Of a DNA stretch of 64,000 nt, positions 50,849-62,629 are shown in pieces. Origin of the DNA: Chiloscyllium plagiosum (taxonomy: Eukaryota); assembly GCF_004010195.1 (NCBI RefSeq), contig NC_057746.1, positions 4,366,428-4,430,427 on the forward strand. The letters run 5' to 3'. The notes under the pieces are model-generated. The model was not told where the DNA came from, ran no database searches, and worked only from the letters and a program-made list of their open reading frames with translations. Positions within the stretch are counted from its first letter, which is position 1; each line of letters opens with the position of its first letter. A program made the position numbers and the translations under genes.

Positions 50849-51980
50849 TTGTATTGCTTTCATGGGAACAGGCTGCGACTTGCTGAGTGAGGTGCAGAAT
50901 TATAGGATCTGAGCACAGGCTGACAGAAGATTTTCTGACTCTGAGATTATGCACAGAGAGAGAGAGAAAACTATGGACTGCAGCCTGTGTGGTCAGCAGA
51001 GAGGAGAAGATGTCATTTCTGTGCACTGCAAGATAGTATGTCAGAAGGAACATGGTTTCTAGTTGAATAGTTACAATATGACAATCTAAAGACTTTGGAA
51101 AATCCATATTGGTGGGTCAGAGATTGGAGGGGTCCTTAGTATTGGTAGATAGTTCAGACTTCTCTGGAAATTCAGAGAAATAGCTTCTGATGGCCACTTA
51201 TGTTTCTGCGAAAAAGAGAAATGTGACCCAGTTGAAAGCTAATGGTGACGTTGGATTTGTCCCTGTAAAAATTATGATTCAGCAAACAAATATGATTATG
51301 GTAAGGACTATTTGGTCATATTACAAGTTAAAGGGAGTAATCATTTCTGTCGTTTAATGTTCACTTGCCAACAAGGTTGTGGTTAGTCAATGTTATTTTA
51401 AATTCATTTACTTACTGAGTACCTGTCAATCGGAAATCCTTCGCGCACTACCTTTAAGTGGGTCACTGAGAATTCAAATAAATTATAAATGATCAATGTC
51501 AACAGAGACTGCAACAGTTTCTCAGTCAATAATCACAAAGAAAATCATCTTGTCATTACAGTATGTGGGCATTTGCTGTGACGACATTGGTCACTATTAA
51601 AACATTACGACAGTGACCACATTTCAAAAATACGCCATTGGTAGCTGGGATATCCAGTGGTTGTGAAAGGTTCCACATAAATTCAAGTCTGTCCTTTTCT
51701 CTTTTTCGAGAACGTTATGAGAGAAGGTTGTTGGAGATCTTGAACGGCTTTGAAAAGTACATCGGAAGGGACATAAAATGAACACACTCAATATCCAACA
51801 CACAGCTCCAGTCAAACAGTTCAGCACAAAGCACCGAGTAAACAGCTCTCTCAGCTGGATCTCCTCACACAGCATAAGGGACATTTCCACCCCTGACTGC
51901 CCACAGGATAGTCAGACTGCCTGAAGATTGGTGTGGATATTATGGGATACAATTTGTATAAAAGCTGCTCCTTCACTCAC

Positions 51981-52025
51981 CATCTCCTCACTTGGTTTTC
52001 AGTCCCTATAGGAAGTGAACCAGCT
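51981..52025 (-). other. Predicted 45-nt 5' mini-exon of ZNF-C ending in ATG
   Basis: Same exon sequence as 10074-10118, with both splice sites intact. Confidence 0.55.
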
Positions 52026-52099
52026 CTGGAAGAGGAAGAGGGAGAATGGGCAGAGTGGGTGGGCTCTCTGATTGACGTCTCTCACAGTCAATCCAAATA

Positions 52100-52905
52100 C
52101 GTCTGATTTGGAAGAGCCGGTGTTGGACTGGGGTGGCCAACGTTAAAAATCACACAACACCAGGTTATAGTGTAACAGGTTTATTTAGAAACACTAGGTT
52201 TCGGGGCGCCGTTCCGTCATTAGGTGATTGTGGAGTAAGGTCATGATCACAGAATTGAGAGCCAAAGGAGTCCAGTGTCATGGCGATGTGATACATTAAA
52301 CAATTTTGGATTAACTCTTCCATCTTTTTGAATCGGATATGCTGGTTCCAGTTCTTTGATATGTAAATCCCAGAACATCTTTTAAATTACATTCTCAAGA
52401 CAGCTCAGCTTTTCTCACAAAAGGTGTGAAGTCTGTCTGTGTCCCAATGTTGAGTCAGACTGTCAAGTCCTGTGCATTGTTTTACAGAGTTTTACATGGA
52501 TTTTTCATCCAGTTTTTGAGCAAAATAGGATGTAATTCTGCAAAACTGCACGAATCCATGGAAAACTGTAAAACTATGCAGAGGGCTTGTCAATCTGACT
52601 CAACATCCAGATACAGACTTCACACCTTTTGTTCGGAAAACCGAGCTATTTTAAGAATGTAATCTAAAAAAGTTCTGGGGTTTACATATCAAAGAATATG
52701 AACCACCATGTCCCATTCTAAAAGGTGAAAGAAATAATCTAAAATTGTTTAATGTATCATATCTCCATAACACTGGACTCCTTTGGCTATAAATTCCCTG
52801 ATCATAATCTTACTCCACAACCACCTGACGAAGGAGCGGCGCTCCGAAAGCCAATGCTTCCAAATAAAGCTGTTGGACTATAATCTGGTGTTGTGTGATT
52901 TTTGA
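52100..52905. mobile_element. Fold-back Penelope-derived element with ~300-bp inverted arms
   Basis: 52143-52440 is the reverse complement of ~52608-52905. Flanked by caaata direct repeats inside the ZNF module. The same family end occurs at 10381-10470. Confidence 0.75.
52820..52862 (+). ncRNA. Hammerhead-like core in a fold-back element arm
   Basis: CTGACGA-a-ggagc ggc gctcc-GAAA-gc caat gc tt. The stem I partner is unclear. Confidence 0.4.
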
Positions 52906-53159
52906 CAAATATTTTTAGCACAGCATGAGTTTCCTGAAACTTGGGAAACCGGTAGAAATGAGGTTCTTCCATAATACTTGACAATAAATTCCCACTTGAC
53001 TCCCCAAATCAGCCGGTTGCATTGTTAATGTCATCTTTCTGGTCACACTCTTTCATTTCTGTGCCCATCCCCACGATATCCCTCTCTTTAGTTCCCCTTC
53101 ACTTGTGCATTTATTGATCCTACAACTGCATGTTGCTTCTGCTTCTGCAATACGTGAAA

Positions 53160-53690
53160 TTTTATTCGGATGAGACAATGACAAGTTTAAATCCCCAATT
53201 GATCTGCTGGCCAAAGGTCCCTATTTCCCCAGTCAGTTTCCCAAGTTGCAGGAAACTCGTGTTGCTCCAGAAATATTTGGATTGACTGTGAGCGACATCA
53301 ATCAGGGAGCTATTGTCCATTCTGCCTATTGCCTCCTCTTCCTCTTCCAGAGCTGGTTCACTTTCTACATGGACTGAAAACCAAGTGAGGAGATGATGAG
53401 TGAAGAAGCAGCTTTTATACAAATTGTGTCCCATAATATCCACACCAATCTTCAAGCAGTTTGATTATCCTGTGGGTAGTTAGGGGTGGAAATGTCCCTT
53501 ATGCTGTGTGAGAAGATCCAGCTGAGAGAGCTGTTTACTTGATGCTTTGTGTTGGACTGATATGTTGGATAATGTGTGTTTATTGGAAGCATTTCCCTTC
53601 TGAAATACAGGCTGAGTTTTCTTAATGGCTCATTCCTGAATATGAGAGGGTGAGGTGTAATTATCTGGGACGTGCAGAGTTACAATGAAT
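53160..53690. repeat. ZNF-associated module, inverted copy with dead donor (GT>AT)
   Basis: cctcttccag|agctgg...gaggagatg ATGAGT at 53341-53401. Confidence 0.8.
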
Positions 53691-53915
53691 TCTTGAAGCC
53701 CCTGTTTTTCTGAGCTTAATGCTGGCTTTCATTGTGACCAAGTGAAGAGCTTAGTCAGTGCTCAGAGGTGAGGTTCTACATTGAAATCAATGTTTAGGGG
53801 GAAGGTGAATGGTATCTGATTTGTTGGAGAGAAATGAATAATATATAGTCATGTTTCCTGGTCAAGTATTTAGTTTGTTGAACTGAAAACATCTTGTTGG
53901 TCTGGAGACTAAAGA

Positions 53916-54273
53916 TGAGGAGAAAATGAGAACTGCAGATGCTGGAGATCTGAGTTGAGAGTGTGATGCTAGAAAAGTAAAGCAGGTCAGGCAGCATCCG
54001 AGGAACAGGACAATCGACATTTCAGCATAAGATTCCTGATGAAGGGCCTGTGCCTGTACCTGTGTTTTTGTTTTGCCGCTGTTTACTTATTATTTAATCA
54101 TCGATGTTATTTAACTGTGATTTGCCTGTATCGTACGCAAGACAAAGCTTTTCACTGTGCCTCGGGTACACGTGACAATAACTTCAATTCTGTTATACCC
54201 GAAACGTTGATTCTTCTGCTCCTCGGATGCTGCCTGACATGCTGTGCTTTCCCAGCACAACACTCTCTACTGT
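53916..54273. mobile_element. Palindromic Penelope-end element with a nested LINE 3' tail
   Basis: TSD agactaaaga on both sides. The ~145-bp insert at 54048-54192 ends acaaagcttttcactgtgcctcgggtacacgtgacaataa. Confidence 0.7.
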
Positions 54274-54287
54274 AGACTAAAGACTAT

Positions 54288-55288
54288 TGGTACAAAGTGG
54301 AGGTTGACCTCCATTTGAGAATTAAAACCGAAACACCCAAAGAGGAGCACCTTGCCCTAGAATCTGTAAAAAAGAATGTGAAATGTGGTGTAATCTGCTA
54401 TTCAGTAACTTCTCGTGGTTAAATAAAATAAATCCCTGACACTTTAAAACCAACAAGTGACAATTTATTTATCCAACTCTAACAGTGAACAGATTAGCTA
54501 AACCATTAACAGACTGAACAAATCCCTTCCAGCTACTGTGTATTCTTGAATAAAACATGATTCTAATGGTATGCTGTTCCAATAAACACAAATCTCACTC
54601 ATATGACAATAAATAGAATTTACTCTCTCGAAATTATAGCCCGGTTACATGTCTTCCAGAGTGTTTTGTGCCATCTTCGTTGTTTTATTTGTCAGGAATG
54701 CCTTCTCTATCGATTCTTCTGTCAAGAGTAATCACTAGTTGTGTCTTTGGTACCGTTGCTATTCAGATGGTTCTTTTCCTAATGCATAGATGATGCTGTG
54801 CAAGGCAGCAATTCACTCTCGAGCTGAGGGCTGTGAGCTGTTATGGATGGCAGTTAGCTGTGAGGGCTTTGTCCATCTGCCCCCATCTTTTATACCCACA
54901 ATGACATATCAATATTTCTTACAGTAGGATTGGTCCTGTATTGTCAAAGCCACTAGATTTGAATTTAATAGGTTTTTGGTATCTCAGGGCCCGGTTCAGT
55001 TGTTTGGCTCAACTCAAATGCCTGTTGTCTTGGTAAATATTGTGGTTGGCCTGCTAACTGTATGGCCTTTCGACCGAAGTATTTCAATTTAGATTCTCTG
55101 TGTACATGCAAACATTTAAGCTGCTGGTCACAGACATCCATAGAAAATATCAAAACACTTCAGTTTGACACCATCTTTTGAAAGGACCATGTAATGCTTT
55201 TTCCCCCCAGCATTTTACAATTTTACAAACACCAAATTCTAACCTCCTGCCTCCCAACTCACAATTACTATACCCCAAATTTGCAACA
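54288..55288 (-). mobile_element. Putative 3' LTR of the Gmr1-like element
   Basis: Polypurine tract aaggggggagg (minus, 55299-55289) directly followed by TGT at 55288. The distal boundary is approximate. Confidence 0.6.
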
Positions 55289-55310
55289 CCTCCCCCCTTA
55301 ACCAGAAATA

Positions 55311-55625
55311 TTAGATTAGATTCCCTACAGTGTGGAAACAGGCCCTTCGGCCCAACAAGTCCATGCAGACCCTCCGAAGAGTAACCCACCCAGTCCTATT
55401 TCCCTCTGACTAATGCACCCAACACTCTGGGCAATTTAGCATGGCCAATTCACCTGAACTGCACGTCTTTGGACTGTAGGAGGAAACTGGAGCACCCGGA
55501 CATAACCCATATAGACACAGGGAGAATGAGCAAACTCCACACAGACAGTCACCTGAGGCTGGAATCAGCCTGGGTCCCTGGCGCTGTGAGGCAGCAGTGC
55601 TAACCACTGCGCCACCGTGCCGCCC
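55311..55625 (-). mobile_element. Full-length HE1-type tRNA SINE
   Basis: tRNA head, central domain, HER1-like tail (gggccgaagggcctgtttccacactgtagggaatctaatctaat) and TSD aaatat. Confidence 0.9.
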
Positions 55626-55629
55626 TAAA

Positions 55630-58600
55630 TATGAACCATCATCATGAAAAGATGGCTTCATTTGTTTTAAAACTTTAACTTCATTATATTACATCACTCC
55701 TTTAATCTAGAGATACATATTTTATTCTAATTCTATATATTATTTGTATATACATAGAATTTGTATTAAGTGTGTAACTCTAAATATATGGAAAACATTG
55801 AAGACGACTGTACCTATCTTACCGAAACATTTTTCTTTTAAACGTGCGATAAAGCATCCACGATAATATTTTCATGATAAATACTTGTAACACGAGACTC
55901 CAATTAAGTCATCTGGTGCTCTTGTCCTGAAACCTTTCCAGAAATGCCACAGAATTGTGATCAGTATACAATAAGTCTCTGATTTATTGTTTGCAATCTA
56001 AACATTAAAATGTTGTAAGGCCATTACCAAACTCAATAACCCATTTTCAATGGTGGAATTTTTTTTTCTGGTGGATTTTTTTTTTGAAAAATAACAGATT
56101 GGCCTTTCAATTCCACAATTTCCCTCCTGCAACAACAGCTCTAACACCTACGTCACTTGCTTTGATGGTGATTTTGAAGGGTTTCAAAAAAGTTGGCATG
56201 GCTAAAACTGGTGTGGTGGTTAACACTGCTTTTAAATTCTCAAATACCTCCTGGCATTGTTCTGTCCACCGAAATTTCATTTAATTTCTTAACAAATCCA
56301 TCAACGGTGCCACTACGCTACTAAAGTGTCGTACAAATTTCCGCTAGAATCTACTCAACCCAAAAAAAACAAAGCACTTCCTTCTTCAAGGCTGTTCTTG
56401 GAAATGCCTTGATGGCCTTTGTCTTCACGTTTTACCGTGTCATCTGTTCGTATCTGATGTTGTGCCCTAGAAGGTTAGTTCTGCCTTTGCAAGTGCTGTT
56501 TTTACCAAGCTTATAACCAAATTTGAATTCCATAGTCTCTCAAAGAGCTCTGCCAATTGCTACATGTGATTTTTCTACGAATGGCTAAAGATCACTAAGT
56601 CATCTGTGTAGACGGCACGATTAGTCACTCCTGCAACAACTCTGTTCGTAAACCTTTGGAAAGTGGCTGGTGCATTTTCCATTCTAAAGGGCATTGTTTT
56701 AAATTGATATTGCAAAAGCAGAAACAAACTTTATGATGTAAGTTTAATTTAGATAAATGTGAGGTGCTGCATTTTGGGAAAGCAAATCTTAGCAGGACTT
56801 TTACACTTAATGGTAATGTCCTAGGGAGTGTTGCTGAACAAAGAGACTTTGGAGTGCAGGTTCACAGCCCCTTGAAAGTGGAGTCGCAAGTCGATAGGAT
56901 AGTGAAGAAGGCGTTTGGTATGCTTTCCTTTTTTGGGTCAGAGTATTGAGTACAGGAGTTGGGAGGTCATGTTGCAGCTGTGCAGGACATTGGTAAGGCT
57001 ACTGTTGGAGTATTGCATGCAATTCTGGTCTCCTTCCTGTTGGAAAGATGTTGTGAAGCTTGAAAAGGTTCAGAAAAGATTTACAAAGATGTTGCCAGGG
57101 TAGAAGGTTTAGAGCTATAGGGAGAGGTTGAATAGTCTAGGGCTGTTTTCCCTTGAGGCTGATGGGTGACCTTATAGAGGTTTATAAAATCATGAGGGGA
57201 ATAGATAGAATAAAGAGACAAAGTCTTTTCCCTGGGTGGCGGAGTCCAGAACTAGAGGGCATAGGTTTAGAGTGAGAGCGGAAAGATATGAAAGAGACCT
57301 AAGGGGCAACTTTATCACACAGAGGGTGGTACATGTAGGGAATGAGTTGCCAGAGGAAATGGTGGAGGCTAGTACAATTGCAACATTTAAAAGGCATCTG
57401 GATCGGTGTGTGATTGGAAGCATTTGGAGGGATATGGGCCAGGTGCTGGCAGGTGGGACTGGATTGGGTTGGGATATCTGGTTGGCATGGGAGAATTGGA
57501 CCGAAGGGTCTGTATCTGTGCTGTACATCTCTATGGCTCTAAGTAGCTTGTCTTACTTTTTCAACACAGTCCCCCAGCCTTGGAATTTGATATGTGTCAG
57601 ATTTGGTCACAGTGTTGACCTTTCGATAATCTACACAGAAGTGTTGAGTACCATCAGATTTGGGAATCAACATGATAAGTGAACTCCACTTTGTTTAATT
57701 TGTCTCTATGATGTCTTCTTGGAACATCGCTACCACTTCCTTCTGAACCTGTGCTGCTTTGAGAGGATTAAATCTCTAGGGTAGTTGTTTTATTGAAATA
57801 GCATTCCCTCATGTACAATTCATCCTTGAGGACTTCTTCATTTTCAAATTATTCTGAGGCACATCAAAATGCAAATCATCTGGATTTGATTCCTCACTCT
57901 GAGCAGCAGGAACAAATATGTTTCTCCGGTTCCCCTTCCCTGCCATAGTAATATTTCAGCATGTTCACATGACATACCAGATAATTTTTTTTCCAATCTG
58001 GATCTTTACCAGATAATTCACCTGACTTAACTTCTTCTCAATCTGATAGGGAACACTAAACCTTGCTTTGAAGGGATCTCCTACCACTGGTAACAGCACC
58101 AATACTTTGTCCCTCCGGGCAAACATATGAATTTTAGATTTTTTTTATCTGCTTCTTGCTTCATTAGGTGCTGTGCCACCTTCAAGTGTTGCCTAGCTAG
58201 TTCACGTATTCAGTTTAATCTTTGTCTTACCTGAGATACATAATCCAACTGTGAGATATTTGACTTCAGACCTATCAACTTCTCTTTAATTAATTTTAAA
58301 GGCCCTCTGACTTTGTGTTGGAATATTGGACTTTGTGTTGTTCAAATGGAGTAAACTGAGTTGATTCATTTAGAGCATCTCTAATAGCAAATAATATAAA
58401 TGGGATATCTTTATACCAATCATTTGGGTAATCCTGGCAATAAGCCCGCAACATGATCTTTAGGGTCTGATGCCACCTTTTCAGTGCTCCCTGGGATTCA
58501 TGATGATGTGCACTTGATGGAAAGTGTTTGATGCCTAAACTGTCCGTGACCTTCTTAAATAATTTGGCAGTAAAATTGGACCTTTGGTTTGTCTGAATCT

Positions 58601-60050
58601 GCCTGGGTAGTCCTTAATGTGTAAAGAAAACAAGCAGCTCTTGCACAACCTTTTTTACCTTGACATTCTGTAATGTAATTGCTTCCAGAAATGGTTAGCA
58701 AATACTGGTTCCCACTTTTGGTTTTAGAGACGGGATCTACATGATATTTATAACGTGTGTAAAAGGTTCTTCAAATGCGGGAATTGGCATCAAAGGAGCT
58801 CGTTTTATCACTGCTTTTGGCTTTCTTACCATCTGACACATACGACAGATATGGCAAAATTCAACCACATCTTTATGTAATACACGCCAATAACAGTCCA
58901 GGCTTCTGTATCTTAGCCCGAATCTTCCTCACTCCTGGATGACCTCCTACAGGTAATTCATGTGCTACCCGCAATACTTCCTGTCTGTGATCTTTCATCA
59001 ATAGAATCAGGTGAACTTCCACCCTTTCTCATCTGCGCTGATGTGCAAAAGTCTCCATTGCCACCTTATGATTTTATCCTTAAGGTAATAGCAATTTAGA
59101 ATACACTCTGATTCCTTTTCCAAGGAGGCTTTATGATATAAATCCTTTATTGTCTCATCTTTTTGTTGTAACTCCATTAATCTTTCAGAACTAAACTCCT
59201 CCCTCTAAGTATTCCACAGATTGCCATTCTTTTGGACAATATTGCAGAAGGAGTGCAAACATAATTCATCTCTTACAATTAGAGACATACTAGTTTTCTC
59301 ATCTCTCACCAATCCTCCTGTTCTACCTGAGCAATTTTTGCCCATGCAGATGAAGTCTTTGGAAAGAATAGGCGAAATCTTACTATCCAGCCCGTGACTT
59401 GGCTGTGCACTCTCCTTCTGCTCCTCAACTTCTGTCCGGATTTCCTTCACTCCCTTTACTAAACCCACTGTTTTTGCCTCTGCTACCACATCCTTTTTCC
59501 TAGTGCCTTTTTTAAACTTTGTGTGTCCCACCTCATTACAGTGAAAACACACATCCTTTTTCCCAATGCTTTTCTTAAGCCACTAGCACTGTGACTTTGT
59601 GTGTCCTGTTTATTGCAGCGAAAACACCTGAGGTCTTTCACTTCTTTTCCAACCTCTTGGGTTTCTTTTTCTACATGTGATAAACTGTTCCCAGTTTGAT
59701 CTACGTTTTGTTTTTCACTGAAGGATCTCCCTGTTTCCCAATTTCTATCCCTCATGTAATGATTTTGATTATGCAATAATGCATGTTCATCTACTGTCTC
59801 TGAAGCTCTTCTTGCTGTTGTAATGTTTTTTCCTCAACATGAGTTCTTATCACTTCTGGAAGTGAGTTTTTAAACGTTTCCAGTAGAATAGTATCTCTGA
59901 GCCTCATATGTCTGATCTACCTTTAATTCTATCATCCAGCTCTTGAAGTTGCTCTGTTTAAATCTTTCAAACTTGATATAACTTTGAACTGGTACCTTTC
60001 AAACATATTTGAATGCTCCTGGGACCAATTTGTAGGCAGTCAAAATACCC
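55630..60050 (-). mobile_element. Decayed Gmr1-like Gypsy LTR retrotransposon internal region (gag, INT, RT, RH order)
   Basis: Minus-strand fragments: gag ILLETFKNSLPEVIRTHVEEK (~59850); CCHC-like CFHCNEVGH (~59530); integrase AHELPVGGHPG...CHICRMCQ (~58900) and core (~58500); RT MPFRMENAPATFQR...VYTDDLVIFS (~56600); RNase H KPFKITIKASDVGV (~56170). Confidence 0.85.
56740..57542 (+). mobile_element. CR1/HER1 3' fragment inserted in the Gmr1 RT
   Basis: MLHFGKANLSRTFTLNG...; tail ggaccgaagggtctgtatctgtgctgtacatctctatg. Confidence 0.9.
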
Positions 60051-60079
60051 ACAAAAACAACAGATCTGAGGAGTGGGAG

Positions 60080-60808
60080 CAGTTTAGAATTCAGCAAAGG
60101 AGGACAAATGGATTGAGTAAGAAAGGGAAAATAGAGTATGAATGTAAGTTTGCAGGAACATAAAAACTGGCTGTAATTGCAGCTAAACTAAGAGAAAAAA
60201 AATTGATGATGACAAATATAGGCCCCTTATTGTCAGAAATAGAGGAATTTATAGTGGGGGACAAAAAGACAGCTAAACAACTAAACTTACTTTAATTCTG
60301 TGTTCACAAAGGAGGACACAAATAACAGATCAAATACGTTGGGAACAAAGGGTTTAGGGATGGGGGAAACTGGAGGAAATCAGTATTAGTAGGAAAATAG
60401 TGTTGAGGAAATTGAGGGGACTGAGTACTTAAGGAAGTGTACTTAAGGAAGTGATCGAAAAATAGTGGATGCATTGGTAATCATTATCAAGATTCTATAT
60501 AGTCTGGAATGCTTCCTATTGATTGAAAGGTGGCTAATGCAATCCCTCTATTTCAGAAGGAAAGTAGAGAGAAAGCTGGGAATAATAGACCAATCAGTCT
60601 GAGGTTGGTAGTGGGGTCACTACTGAGTCCACTGTAAAATAATTCATAACTGAGCATTTGAAAAACAGTGGCAGAATGGAATAGAGTCTGTATGGAATTA
60701 CAAATCTACTGGAATTCTTCTAAGATGTAACTAGTAGAGTTGATGACAGGGAGCCAGTGGTTGTGGTTTATTTGGATTTTTAAAAGGCTTTTATCGAAGT
60801 CCCACAAA
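60080..60808 (+). mobile_element. Degraded CR1 ORF2 fragment
   Basis: gctgggaataatagaccaatcagtctg (GNxRPISL). Ends at the DFxKAF motif. Confidence 0.75.
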
Positions 60809-62620
60809 CGCCTTGCTAAAGTCTATGTACACCACATCCACTGCTCTACCTTCATCACTGTGTTTTGGCACATCCTCAAAGAATTCAGTAAGGTTGTGGG
60901 GCATGACCTGCCCCTCATAAAGCCATGCTGATTATCTCTAATCAAACTATGCTTTTCCAAATAATCATAAATCCTGACTCTCAGAATCCTCTCCAATAAT
61001 TTGCCCACCACTCACATAAGACTAACTGGTCTGTATTTCCCAGGGTAATCCCTACTCGCTTTCTTGAATAGGTGAATAACAACTGCCACTCTCCAATTAT
61101 CTAGTACTACTCCATTGGACAGTGAGGACGCCAAATGTCAGCCATCTCTTCCCTCGCTTCCCATGCAAACCTTGGATACATCCTATATGGCCCAGGGGAG
61201 TTATTTACCCTCATCTTTTTCAAAATTTCCAGCACATCCTCTTCTTGACATCAACCTGTTTGAGGATATCAGCCTGTTTCACGCTGTCCTCATAAATGAT
61301 AAGATCCCTTTCACTCGTGAATACTGAAATAAAGTAACCATTAAGGACCACCTCTACCTCCTCCGACTCCAGGCACAAGTTCCCTCCACTATCCCTGATT
61401 GACCGTACCCTCACTCTGTCCATCCTCTTGTTCCTCACATAAGTGTAGAACACCTTGGGGTTTTCCTTAATCTGCCCCCTTCTGGCTCTCCTAAGTTCAT
61501 TATTCAATTCCTTTCTGGCTACCTTGTAACGCTGTAGAGTCCTGTTTGATCCTTGCTTCCTCAACCTTAAGTAAGCTTTCTTTTCCTCTTGACTAGGTGT
61601 TCCACATCTCTTGTCATCCAAGGTTCCTTCACCCTACCATCCCTTCCTTGCCTCAGTGGGACAAAACTGTCCAGCAGTATCAGCAAGTGCTCCCTAAACA
61701 ACCTCCACATTTCTGCTGTGCAGTTCCCTGAGAATATCTGTTCCCAATTTATTCTCCACAGTTCCTGCCTAATAGCATTGTAATTCCTCCTCCCCAATTA
61801 AATACTTTCCCATACCATCCGCTCCTCTCCCTCTCCATGACTAGAGTAAAGGTCAGGGAGTTGAGATCACTGTCACCAAAATGCTTTCCCACTGAGAGAT
61901 CTGACACCTGACCTGGTTCATTGCCAAGCACCACATCCAATATGGCATCGCCTCTAGTTGGCCTATCTGCATATTGAGTCAGGAATTCTTCCTGGATACA
62001 TCTGACAAAATCTCGTCCATCCAAACTATTTGCACTGAGGAGGTTCCAATCAATATTAGAGAAGTTGAAGTCACACATGACAACAACCCTGTTACTTCTG
62101 CACCTTCCCAAAATCTTCTTCCCAATCTGCTCCTCCATGTCTCTGTTGCTATTGGGGTGTCTGTAGAAAACTCCCAATAAAGTGACTGTTCCTTTCCTGT
62201 TTCTGACTTCCGCCCATACTGACGCAGTAGACAAACCCTCCTCGATGACCTCCCTTTCTGCAGCTGTGATCCTATCTCTGATTAGCAATGCCACTCCTCC
62301 ATCTCTTTTACCTCCCTCCCTATTCCTGTTGAAACACTTAAACCCCAAAACATTTCTGCCCTGTGATATCCAAGTCTGCATATTGGCTACAACATCATAG
62401 CTCCAAGTAATGATCCATGCTCTAAGTTCATCACCCTTATCCTGACACTTGTTATGTTAGAATGAACACACATGAACCCATCACATCGACTGCAACTTTC
62501 CTCTATCAACTATCTATCCTTCCTTACAGACTCTCTGCTCGCTTTATCAGCCTGTTCACCAGCTACCCCATCCTCTGATCTGTTGCTCTGTTTCCCTGCC
62601 ACCTGCCAAACTAGTTGAAA
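60809..62620 (-). mobile_element. CR1 ORF2 endonuclease and RT N-half
   Basis: ORF 61749..62381: GGVALLI...CDFNFSNIDW...PTRGDAILDVVL...SDLNSL; NQHGFMRGRSC. Confidence 0.9.
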
Positions 62621-62629
62621 TTCTCCTGA

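Larger units (their letters stand above)
51780..52965. repeat. ZNF-associated module copy upstream of ZNF-C, interrupted by a fold-back element
   Basis: Near-identical to 9874-10193, and resumes at ~52905. Confidence 0.85.
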
